From Laetmonice hystrix (lineage: Eukaryota), in the NCBI GenBank assembly GCA_965235115.1, contig OZ249442.1:26970001-27034000 (forward strand): a stretch of 64,000 nucleotides of DNA, read 5' to 3'. This document shows positions 13,173-24,533 of the stretch, piece by piece (positions within the stretch are counted from its first letter, which is position 1; every line of letters begins with the position of its first letter). The notes under the pieces are model-generated. The model saw only the letters and a list, made by a program, of their open reading frames with translations, ran no database searches and was not told where the DNA came from. A program made the translations under genes and the position numbers.

Positions 13173-15686
13173 TCTCGAGAGGAGGTGTCCAGGAAACATT
13201 GCTGCCTATCGATTTTAGTCACTTTGACGGGGTTAGCTGAAGCAGCCACCGACGATTATATATGGAGGTTAGGGTAAAGGTCCACCTTCATCATGGGGTG
13301 TAAAGAACAGCCAGAATACAAGGTTGATCCCGAGAATGAAGGAACAAATCGCTTCAACTAGACGCCCTTAGAGGAAATGAAACGAGAACTTCTTCCTTGA
13401 GGACGAAAAATTCACACTGATGGCAGTGGTAATTTACATTATCGATCAAGCGACCCTCTAGGGAAGTTGGCCCTGTCTAAGTCATAATCACATTTCTAGG
13501 TGTATTGATTTCTCCTGGAGATATGGCCAAAGACCCTGTGTAGGACCTGTTCGCCAAGCACAGTGATTCCCACCTGCGTCACACGGAGGGTACCAAGACA
13601 TGTATATTGTCTCTTCATGGCCAACTCTCTGCATGCGAGTGGGCGGTGATATTTATATCTTCTATATATACATGTAATTGTCTCTACTTCCCGATCTAAT
13701 GTTATATACATGAGTATATTTGAGGTAATCACCTCCAGTTCATCTGGTAATGTAACAATGTTGTAATATTGTGTTCTGTACAGAATGACTTGTCGTTGCA
13801 CACTTACGTCTTCTTCAGAGTAGGCCTCGGGCACACTGAAGTGTGCTTTAACTCAATGTATTTATGTTTAAGAACTAAATAAGGTGATATTAGGCCGATT
13901 TGAAACGCAGCAATACTTCTATCTGTATCGCAAAAAGAGTTCCGTAGAAGTGAACTGTAAAATTATATGATTGTTGGATTTCAAGGATAACGAACGACAG
14001 GAGACAATTTATGAAAACATTGTACCGGGAGGCAATGATCGGCAGTTAAAGGGGAACCGTGACTATAAATAGGTCCAACATGGTACCTGCCCCAGTAGCC
14101 CAACAGATTCGAAATGTGACATGTCTCCACACTATTTGTCAAATGTTTGCAAAATAACCAGAAACAGAGAACATATAGACTTCCAAATTGTGCTATTAAT
14201 ATACGTATATACAAGGAATAATAATGTACACTTGACATGAAAATCAACCAACCCCCTTTATAGTAATATAAATATTAATAATTTGAAATATAGTCTCTGT
14301 GTGTTTGCTTATTTGAAGTTACAGTAAGCGGTCATGTGACCCAACGCGTTATTCAGTGGGAGGAGCATAATGAGTTTATAATGAGCCCTCTATACCATGT
14401 GGGTGCTCTCGGGGGGGGGGGTGACCTTGGCCAGTGATTTATAACCTTCGAACGGTCAGTAGGACCGCGAACCGCGCGACTAACACACCATGCTATATTT
14501 CACCCTTTGCTATGTTCTGAGATACAACCTCTCCTGGATGAACCTAACCCACCCATACTCACCCTAAACACCTGTTACAGCCAGGGCTACAATTACAAGA
14601 TGTAGTAAAGCAGTCGAAAAATCGAGATAATCTATGTACATGTAGAGTATAACTCCTGCCCGACTCACAACACTGGCAACCACTGTTACGTTAACAAGAT
14701 ATGATAACGCACCCGGAAATTCTGAACTGCTTGTAACAGAACGGTCGTCCTCAATAGAAAAGATCAGAGAACGGGCAAGCAGAATTTGGACGGCTTCAGG
14801 AAATAAAACACAATAATCTAATTACACTCTGAGAACCCTCTGGTTGCAAGGACCTATTTTGCCAAACAGAGTCTTTCCTTTCATGCTCATGCCAAAGTTT
14901 GTACCGAAATGAAACAAACCTTGAAGCACCTTCTTACAAGAAATCTATAGATATTGATGACCTCAGCTCTCTTAAGCATTTCCGTTCCAAAAATCTACGT
15001 GCTAGGTGCGTTTTCCCCCTACCAAAGGCTTGTAGCCCAAAGGCAAACGCTTTTCATATGATACTTCTTTTGGTCTTACACGCGCCCTCCCCACATATGG
15101 CGCATACTTTTGTGTACACCCCAGTCTACATTAGGACCTACAAAACCTCTCGATATATATATGAGGACCATTGACCCAGTAATCAATAATTCCAAGTCGT
15201 CGTCATCCAAACAGAAAAATGCGCATTTCATTGGATAAAAAAAATGGAAAATATGATTCACCTCTTACCACGAGGAGGAAGGAAAACAATCTGTAGTGAA
15301 TCGATGTATGCTCAGCCGAGTCTTTGCCAACGTTTGTGGGTGAGGCGAGCTGCTCAAGGGTCTGGCCCCCTCTCTGACAGGTTGTTGGCCGCGGTCATCT
15401 GAACATCGACGTGTCATTACAGGAGTAACCGCGTGCGCAGATATTGACGTCGGCTGTCTTCTTCACTGCCAGCATATCTAAGGGGAGCTTTTGAAATACA
15501 TGGGTTAGCGGCCGAGGCGGGACGACATTCGCCAGTGGTGACGTATTAGTAAATCACGTCACGAGTTGACTGTCATGGTGACAGCGAGTGGTCGCTGCAG
15601 GGGGTCCCGTCTCCGAGTGGCGCGGACGTTTAGAAGGCATACTGTCATGACCATTTATTTGGTGTCCGACAACTCTCTGCTGTACT

Positions 15687-15850
15687 TTTATGTGGAGCCC
15701 TGTTGGGGTCAAAACGCGATTAACTCGTAATAACGATTTAGTGACGTCATTAAGACGTAATAACGAGTTAATGACGTCACTAAGTGGTAAATTCGAGATC
15801 ACCACAATTTTCTTTTCTCTGAAACGAACGCGATTAACTCGTAATAACGA
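15687..15850. mobile_element. Degenerate or partial copy of the MITE at 56913-57079
   Basis: Shares GGAGCCCTGTT(G/A)GGG end and internal CTCGTAATAACGA(T/C)TTAGTGACGTCATTAA motifs with 56913-57079; the other end is not found. Confidence 0.55.
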
Positions 15851-15854
15851 CTAA

Positions 15855-16243
15855 AGTGCTGAACCCACCAAGGCGATTCCCCTTGCGGCGCCCATGCGAT
15901 TTTGACATCACCCTTTTATTTTACTGTAATTTTGAGATTAAAGGATGGAACCCATTTCCTGAAACAGAGAAGGCACGTGGTGAAGTGGCTAAATTAGAAA
16001 ATGAATTGTTCTTTAAAGGAGGTGAAGAATTTGACATAAGGCCCATGTCCTCCTATACAGGCGATTGTCCTTGCGATCTTGACATCACCCTTCTATTTTA
16101 CTCTGATTTTGAGATTAAAGGATGGAACCCATTTTTCAGAAACAAAGAAGGTCATCCAGGAAATATTGCAGAGTGAAACTCACCATTAACTCAAAAATCG
16201 TACGGCCGTCGCAAGGACAATCGCCTTAGTGGACATTAGGGCT
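15855..16243. mobile_element. PIF/Harbinger-like MITE (degenerate) with an internal ~80-bp duplication
   Basis: ~45-bp imperfect TIR (CCACCAAGGCGATTCCCCTTGCGGCGCCCATGCGATTTT vs reverse complement CCACTAAGGCGATTGTCCTTGCGACGGCCGTACGATTTT), flanked by TAA and TTA; direct repeat about 15898-15975 / 16074-16152. Confidence 0.6.
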
Positions 16244-16842
16244 TTACAAGAATCTCTATTCTGAAGCCGAGCCGACGTCCTGTGAACTGGAAATTGTAAA
16301 TAACTTTTGGGGCCATTGGAAACTGCACATTAAAAATATCATTCAGTCAGATATATTTTTTTGGTGACATGTATTTGCGCGAAAGCCCCCTGGCTCTTCC
16401 GTCGTCCGGTTCGTATTGCTAGTCCATTAGGAATCCATTGTTCAACAGCCACAGGAAAAGTCCTTCCGTATAATCACATAAGGGCACTATACTTGTGCGG
16501 AATTCTCTCTCTATTCAATTCCACATTGGTTTTTTTTCTTTTGCATCCTAAGCTCTGTAGAATCAACTGTGGAAAAAGGACGTACAATCACAGATGCGGG
16601 ACCGTAATGAAATCCATTTTTGATGAATCCCTGACTACCGATTTGGTTTGAACTGAATGTACCTTAATTCTCAATATCTCAAATAAACAGCCACGGAGAT
16701 GTTGTCATTCCATACATAATGGGGGAATTATACACAGATTACGAACAGTAAATGAAGACCCGTTGATTGTAAAGAGGGAAGTTTAGACCAGAAATAATAC
16801 TACTGCGCTGGTTAGCCCTCAGTTCGTTTATACAGGAAAGTG

Positions 16843-17074
16843 AAGTGTGACTAGACCTCACGCCTTACTCCTCACAACACCGACCAGAAACTGTTCAAAC
16901 GTCGCTAAGTGTGACTAGACCTCCTCACAACACCGACCAGAAACTGTTCAAACGTCGCTAAGTGTGACTAGACCTCCTCACAACACCGACCAGAAACTGT
17001 TCAAACGTCGCTAAGTGTGACTAGACCTCACGCCTTACTCCTCACAACACCTACCAGAAACTGTTCAAACGTCA
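16843..17074. repeat. Minisatellite, 53/64-bp units x4
   Basis: AAGTGTGACTAGACCTC...CCAGAAACTGTTCAAACGTCGCT at 16843, 16907, 16960, 17013 (long-short-short-long). Confidence 0.93.
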
Positions 17075-17564
17075 CTGGCGATGAGAAATTACAGGAGCCT
17101 TTCCGTGGCCTAGATAAGCTGAGATGATCTATAGGTTAGAGGAAGACGGTAGAAACTAAAGGCTGGGGTGGGGAGAGCCCAGCTGACTGGACTCTCCTCC
17201 GGCCCGCCAGGCCCCACTGGAGGCCCCATCCATCAGTGATGTGAGCCACGATCAGCTCCTGTGTGGAGGAACTCTCCATCACAAAGCCAAGCCGCCACTC
17301 GCTCTCATTTTATAGACACCACAGGGCAACTGAGGAGGAGGCGTATGGCTAGCGGTTAATGGGAACTCAAAGATACGACCAGCCTGCGTGGAAATTAGCT
17401 GAGACATGGCTGGACATCAAGGGAAGGGGTTGTTTGGGGGGGGGGGGGGGGGGGATGGGCCTGGGTCGTACGGAGAGGGGATGATCCCTGGATCTAAACT
17501 GGAATGAACCACACAGGGACATTCGGCAATCACAGGAGCCTCAATAGAACACTCTTCTTTTCTC

Positions 17565-17826
17565 TCCCTCCCTCCCTGCCACACCTCCCTGCCACACCTC
17601 CCTGCCACACCTCCCTGCCACACCTCCCTCCCCCCCCCCCACCCCCACACCTCCCTCCCATACCTCCCTCCCACACCTCCCTCCCACATATCTCTCCCTC
17701 CCACATATCTCTCCCTGCCACACCTCCCTGCCACACCTCCCTGCCACACCTCCCTGCCACACCTCCCTGCCACACCTCCCTGCCACACATCCCTGCCACA
17801 CCTCCCTCCCACATCCCCCTCCCACA
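17565..17826. repeat. 13-bp C-rich minisatellite (ACACCTCCCTGCC)n
   Basis: Degenerate tandem 13-mer; explains the Pro/His- and Gly-rich ORFs at 17417-17865. Confidence 0.93.
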
Positions 17827-20407
17827 TTTCCCAGTGGATTTAATTCTAACTTGAGGTAATTTCAAGTGGTCATCATCTTTTTCAGATAGTTTTTGTTTAG
17901 AGATAAATCAAGTTTCCCCATATAACATTTCGCGGCCTACCTATAACATCTAACAATCCTTGAGGCTGATAGCCGTATAGAGGCGATGTCAGTGTGACCT
18001 TCAAGTACCTTAGCCGCACGGCGTACCTGAATAATTATTGATCAATCCGCGCTTCAGCACGCTGCTCCCTCGGAAGAGAATATTATCATATAATGACTAT
18101 CGACTAGCTCTTTTTATGTTGGTGCGTTTTGCGAGAGCAGATGCATGCAAAGCGATTCAATCGAAGTGGAGCATAAAAAGAATATCTCATGGAATGTCTA
18201 TCCTACGGCAAGCCTATGAGTTAAAGCGATTTTAGTATTGTATAGCTAGCGGCAAACACAGTTATCACATCGCATGGATGAAAGATCATAAAAGTTCATG
18301 GTGAAAGGGTCCCTTAATCGCCACAGCGGGGAGGGAGTGTTTCATCAAAAGCATTACTTCATAATCTTCCATACAATATACCATTGTTCAGCTTCAATTT
18401 CTGAAGTTCTATTATCATTACAGTAAACACACGTGTTCCGCGGAGAACTTCTGGATAATGGTATCGCGTACACGAACATCTACTTGAACCTCTATTTACT
18501 GTTAGCATGCCGACAGGCATACACTGTCCACACCCCGTCCCTGGTGTGGTGCGAACAGCGGCAGTGACATGGCTTTCAACAACGTCACTTTAGTGGAGGC
18601 TGGACTGTCCTTGAGCAACTATCAGGAAGTCTAAGCAGCTTTAGAGCTGCCTCCTTATCGAATTCGTTTGGCCAATAGAAAGCAATAATGAGGCCACTCG
18701 GAACAACTCGGATATTTCCGACTACTGGATGCGAACCACATCGCGAACTGTTCTAATTTCCAGACCCAATCATTTATGCTCTATTTATGCACGGTTATGT
18801 CGTTTTGTTGTTTCTCGACGACGTTAAACGTCGGAAATGACCCGAGAAGTTCCGAGTGGCTATCTTGTCGTGCGACCGGAAGCGGAACTCTCGTTTGTTG
18901 GAGGCTGACGTCACACTGAAGAATGGGGCGGAGTGTGCGGCCCTGTGGGACTCCTTGTAGGATTGCTGGCCCAACAGTCGCTGTGGGTTTGGGTAAATAG
19001 TTGTAAACAGGCGATCGTGTAGTCATGAATCCGGTGAGGCTGGTGACTGGTCAGATCGGGTCGTCTGTGGTGGTGAGTTGTGTTGTGATAGGGGACAGAG
19101 AGATAGCGATGGGTGTTGATTACACCGATGTATGATCGCTGCCTAATTAACGACCAGCCACGTGGCCCGGTCTGACAACCACCCTGGCGTCCCCCCGATC
19201 AATGTTGAATATTGAAATACCTGGCCCGCTATGTTTGTACCACATGGGTGGCTAGCATGGTAAACTAAAACGCGTTGAATGTGCCAGCGCGCCGCTGTAG
19301 GGGGCAGGAGAACCTGCCGCAATGGACTTACAATCGATGACAGCAGCCATAGGCCTGATGTCGACACGGATAATTACCATACTCGCCTCCACTGATCCAT
19401 TTTGGGCTGTGGATAGGATTTGTCAACTCCAAGTTTACCTTTGCTTTGATCCGTCATTGTTCCCTGAATCAATATAATTACAGCTGGCCAGCCTTTCAGC
19501 TGGCCCTTTATAAGGTACGTATCCCGGAACACAACGATATGTATAATCCTGAAAGGCATGGATGTTTCCTAACCTAAAGGGGGGGGGGGGTCAGGCCGTT
19601 CAACGAATGGCCGAGGTCTTATTTGCTGGTGGAGAAGTGAAGGCACCAGTTTAAACGCCCGGTTAAGAAAAAAAACGTGGATGTCTATACATGCATTATG
19701 GAAAATTATAAAATGTCACTGCTGTGTAAGGCATCAGGTGCAAGCGCATGGGAGCAATATGCATTTATATTACACAAGTTAATCAGCTTCTATTTTTGCA
19801 GACCAATTGAGCGAATGAAATCACATTAGGACAGTAAATATGGTGGCGTGCCTGGCGAGCGATAATCAGGAATGTGTGAACGACAAGAGTCTATGAGGCC
19901 GTCATGTATAAGCGATTGGTCACCTACATGGATGCCATCAGTTTCATTAAGCGACGTAATTACAGAGCAAAATAGTTCACATTTTTTCCTCTTCGTATTT
20001 GCAGATAAAACGCCGTTCGAGATGGTGTCGGTGCTGACGACGAGCAGCGATGGGCAGAGGGGAGGAAGAGACAGCGGGTCAGCCATCTTGGATCGTCTTC
20101 TGTCCACAGCGTATTAAACAAAGTCGTTTCTCTGGACGCAAGAGCCGCCTCCTGTCTGTACCCACTGTATGGGGCTCAAAAAGCGCCAAAGCTCTGCCGC
20201 GGCTAACACATAAGACAGTCTGTCTCAAAGCGTCTCAGATCACATGATCATCATTACTTTAACCACGATCAGATGCGAACTGTCCCCCTGGCGGAGTAAG
20301 TGATAAAGACAATGGACGGCGGGCTCCAGGGGGGATAACGCGACCAGCATGGCTGTCCGAGTCAGCCGGAGCAGGTCAGACGTAAGATGACGACGTAGCT
20401 CTTCGAC

Positions 20408-20875
20408 ATGAAGCACTTCAAACACTTCATGCCGCAAGGAGCGGCGAACTTCACTCTGCCGTCAGGCAGTCCGTTCGCAGGCCCCCTACTGGCCTCCTTA
20501 CAAAACACGCAGTCGCGACAGGGAGCGGCCTGGACGCTGACGTCAGACACTCACTTCCGGGTGGCTGTCCTTGTGTGCTCCAGTGTTCTTGCTATCATGC
20601 TTGTTTTGCGACTGTTGTACTTACGTAAACGCGCAAAGGAAGGTCGTTTATATCATCGGCTTGATTCGGACCAGGAAGGACAGAAAGACAGAGAATTACT
20701 CCTAAGGTCGCGACAGGAGGGAATCGAAGAGGATGATTATGAGAGTCACGTGATGGGAGTTGACGTTCCACTGCTGAGTGGGGTAAAAAAACGGTCTCAC
20801 CTGTACTTACCTGTACTTACCTGTACTTACCTGTACTTACCTGTACTTACCTGCACCCTCCTGAAACCTGAATAA
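20408..20875 (+). CDS. Candidate small single-pass membrane protein (orphan; may be an exon or pseudogene)
   Basis: Predicted TM helix VAVLVCSSVLAIMLVLRLLYL (aa 52-72) followed by basic RKRAK; luminal N-F-T sequon; cytosolic YHRL, DRELLL and DVPLL sorting-type motifs and an acidic EEDDYE patch. The C-terminus runs into a 10-bp repeat. Confidence 0.4.
   Translation: MKHFKHFMPQGAANFTLPSGSPFAGPLLASLQNTQSRQGAAWTLTSDTHFRVAVLVCSSVLAIMLVLRLLYLRKRAKEGRLYHRLDSDQEGQKDRELLLRSRQEGIEEDDYESHVMGVDVPLLSGVKKRSHLYLPVLTCTYLYLPVLTCTLLKPE
20795..20853 (-). repeat. 10-bp tandem repeat equal to an array of consensus 5' splice sites on the minus strand
   Basis: Plus (CTGTACTTAC)x5; minus reads CAG|GTAAGTA five times, then CAG|GTGAGA. 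Confidence 0.9.
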
Positions 20876-23375
20876 CACTTTTAGAAAAGGCTGCTTACTC
20901 GTGATTAGGCCAATCGTGGAATGTTCTATATTACTTCTGTAGCTGAAATATCTGTAGATTTATTCTCGTAGATCCTTATTTAGTTCTCTATTTACTTCAC
21001 ACATGACAACATATCAATACTTCCGCCCGTATCATTCGTATGTTTGTCTCTTTTTGCAGCAAATCAATGAGATGGAACCTCGGCCACAGTTCTTCCTGCG
21101 GAAACCCATGCAGATTACGCGGATTTAGAGGCCACCTAAGCCCTAGTTCTCCAGGGAGCCACTCACACCACGGTTCAGGTGCACCCGGTAGTTTGGGGAC
21201 GTGACGTGAGAATCAAACCCCCAGGTCGTCACCAAGAGGTCACGGAGGTCACAGTGTCACAGAGAATGCATTGCGAGATGGCACACAATATATTAGAACG
21301 CGTTTTTATAGCCGCTTCCCCGTGATAATAATAACGGCTTTCGCTGTCAGAAAAAAACTGGAGTGCTCTGCCAATTTTTACGACTCCCCGTGTTTCTACT
21401 CTACATATACGAACAAGGATGCTATTTTATATCCGTCTTTCAATAAAATATTTTCAAGGCACTGGGTTTGGTTGTCTTATTTGGTCTTATTTGAGATAGA
21501 ACGTATTTTCTTCTTTTCCCTGAATTATAGCTGAGTGAGATTCCATGGAGCCTCGCTGAGATACAAAAAGTAATACCACCAAACGCTACTTTGTTTCCAG
21601 AAAAGCTATGTCCTCTGAGGGACGGTCCTTTGAGAGGATAAAAAAAAAGATGTGCTTTTCGACCTCAACAGGCATCTAAGTCTGCGCCCTGTTCACCAGG
21701 AGAGCGGTCTACACTTCAGAGCAACGCTCGACCTTTTACAGATAAATGGTTCCGGCATGCACACTGATTATTTAGTTTTCGGAGTTTTCTCAGTTTTCTG
21801 GGCAATAACCTAGAAGTTTTCAAAGCAATTAATTAGATACTTTTTTCAGACCGCCCTAGACAGATGATTTCAGGGCGAATTGGTTTCTTCAAAGTGTTTA
21901 CTGGAGTCTTTTATTAATTCTTTGCACCATCGAACATGTTGATTGTAAGTGTAAACCGTCTCTAGCTCCCACAAGAGCGGTCATATTAATGAAAAAGAAT
22001 TTGAAAGCGTTCGACTGAAGGCGTTCGATGGAATGTTTTTTTCCCCATCCACATGTCTGGCTGACTGAGGGTGGCCTCCGTTCACGCTATGTTAACCAGA
22101 CGGTCTGCCCGCCACAATTCACTTCTATAAGGAACGCTTGCATGGCAAATGTACTTAGAAGGATTAGGTCACGTGATCGTGCTCCTACCCCCTGGCGGTG
22201 AGCAATCCCTTTATAAAGCCAGCCTCGATCGCTCTCCGACGTTTTCATCGCTACCTTCCGCATCTTCCGCTCCAATAGGCGGTGTGCCTGACACCGGAAG
22301 TGGGCTAGAACGCGGAATAATCACCCATAACGGCACTGCGGTCGGTCTGCGGGGGCCACAGAGATGGAATCACGGGGCAGGAGATTGCTCCATTGTGGAA
22401 CGTCGATGGGTAGTCAGGACAAGCAGTGGTGCCTGTTGTAAACCGTTGGCTCACCCCCCCCCCCCCCCACCCCGAAATATGGATCTTTTAAATTTTCCAT
22501 GCTAGCAGACGTTAGGATATTGGTATTGCATACAAAATGGGTAACCGCCACCGAATTGATGTGTTAGGGCTAATATTTACCACACCTAAAGAGGAAATTG
22601 GGATGGTAAAAAGGTCCCAAAAGGACTCATTTTATTGATAGCTTGTCAGAAGGTCTGGGGGGGCCTTCTGAACAGTTTTCGCCCACCCCTAAAAATTCTT
22701 GAGGTTGCGAGTCTGGCTACTTAACAGTGTTGTTTTCAGTGTGATTTCTATTTATGTGACAAATTGTACAGAAAACCCAGCCCCGTCAAAGAGTTGTCGA
22801 AACAAGTTTTGCGTTGTCACTGCTGACGGTGTTGTGGTGTACAAGTTTTTCCTTGTCATGAAAAGTTACTGACGAGGCATCATTAAATTCTTGTCTCCAG
22901 TGACAAGACTGAGTCAGGACCTGGCTGCATTCATTGACGTAAACAAACCTGCTGTCTTTAATAAAACATTCTTTTTTTTCCATGAATGTCCAAAGTCCAA
23001 GTAAGGACAATAAATATTAAAGTCTTTTGCGAAAATGAAACTGGTTTTCCTCATATTCAGGTTAGGTTTCTGACGTAAAACATCCTATATCATAGGTACT
23101 AATTCTTTTTCTGAAAATTACACATTGCAATGCATATAAAAAGTTCTTAAATTGTCAAAGCCTTCCTGGTCACACATCCTACCACATGTCTGTAGCGAAG
23201 TCCTAATATTTTCTTGCATATCAACAGTTCTTACATTTTGCTATGTAAAGTCGTAAGTCTTGAAAATCATTGATGCAACTTGCAACTCCTGGAAGTTTTA
23301 GAAAATACGCTTATAATAAAAGGGAAAGAAGGAATGTGACCTAACCAGGCTATGCAGCCACCTCTCGCCTTTATA

Positions 23376-23410
23376 CGTCACTTCCGGTGTAAAATGACGC
23401 GCGCAGCATG
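23376..23410. promoter_or_regulatory. ETS-CRE composite promoter motif
   Basis: ACGTCACTTCCGG (reverse complement CCGGAAGTGACGT) followed by TGACGCGCGC and TGACGTG; no linked gene identified. Confidence 0.35.
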
Positions 23411-24396
23411 ACGTGTATTTGACAAGTTTATGACGAGGGATCATGATTAGAAACTTCCCAAATATCGCGAGGTCTTTCCACAACCCAGAAACTTGTCACA
23501 GTTAAAGATGCGCTGGCGATGCTTTGACGAGGCTGGGTGATAGGCCTATAACATCTCTGCGGTCACACTTTCTGCTAAATGAGATTGTCTGCCTCCATCT
23601 GTCAGTAATATTATTTTATGATACGATACCGTCATTGTGTATAGATAGGTTCTGTTACTGAACATACTGGGGAACTCTCCCTACATGTGAGTGGATGGAC
23701 TGGCAAGGAATGATCTTAGAAATAAAATATCTAGGTACGAAACGCCCAATGAATCAATCAACGTCAGGCCCAATATCCTGGCCATGTAACAACCGTAGGC
23801 TATTTCTGGCAGTATCACTGCAAAGATTTTGATCTTTGTGTTACCAAAGATAGTATGTCCAAAGTGGAGCCTAATTTATGGTTTACTGTTTCCGAAATGG
23901 GGGGCTGGCATGTATTTCACGGGCAGCGCTATAGCCTCAGACATATGTTTATCATCCCTTCACTCTTATTGGGGCATGGCTGATACTGCAATGCTCTGAT
24001 CAACCCTTCAAAGGAAGGTTAACCCCTCAAAACAATGCCAAAATCGACATTCATAAAACACATTTGTATGTTAATTAAAACACATAAATATGCTAATTAA
24101 AGTCCTTAAGTATGGAATGCTGCCACTAACTAACTCATTTGGGACATGTATCTCCTTGTGAAAGTTTCGGGCAAAATCGGATATTTCCCATTGAATTGAA
24201 AAAGATGGTCGTATTTTACGTAGGTTTTTTTTTCTTTTGGGGGGGAGGTCCTTATTCGCAGGGAAACGATAATATTTATTCACCGGATTTAGGCTTATAA
24301 AGAATATATTGTGATAATGGGGGACAACAATCAGATGGTCGTGTAAGAGGCAGAACGACTTTCTGTAAATAAGCTTATTTTACCTTCAATTTATTC

Positions 24397-24462
24397 ATCA
24401 TCATCATCATCATCATCATCGCCACCATTATCATCTCCATCATCTCTCTCTGTCTCTGTCTG

Positions 24463-24499
<37 letters not shown>

Positions 24500-24533
24500 C
24501 TCTCTCTCTCCCTCTCTGTCTCTTTCTCTCTCT
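24397..24533. repeat. Compound microsatellite (CAT)n + (CT/CTGT)n
   Basis: Directly visible simple repeats. Confidence 0.95.

Noticed and set aside
13490-13635. Minus frame MSWYPPCDAGG...PTQGLWPYLQEKS resembling endo-alpha-mannosidase (MANEA) SWYPP...PTDNLVP
   Set aside because: Short match needing a gap, flanked by stops, with no continuation; probably chance.
22790-22890. In-frame TGA within a Cys-rich frame (RCHC*RCCG) as possible selenocysteine
   Set aside because: No start codon, no SECIS element and no recognisable selenoprotein fold.
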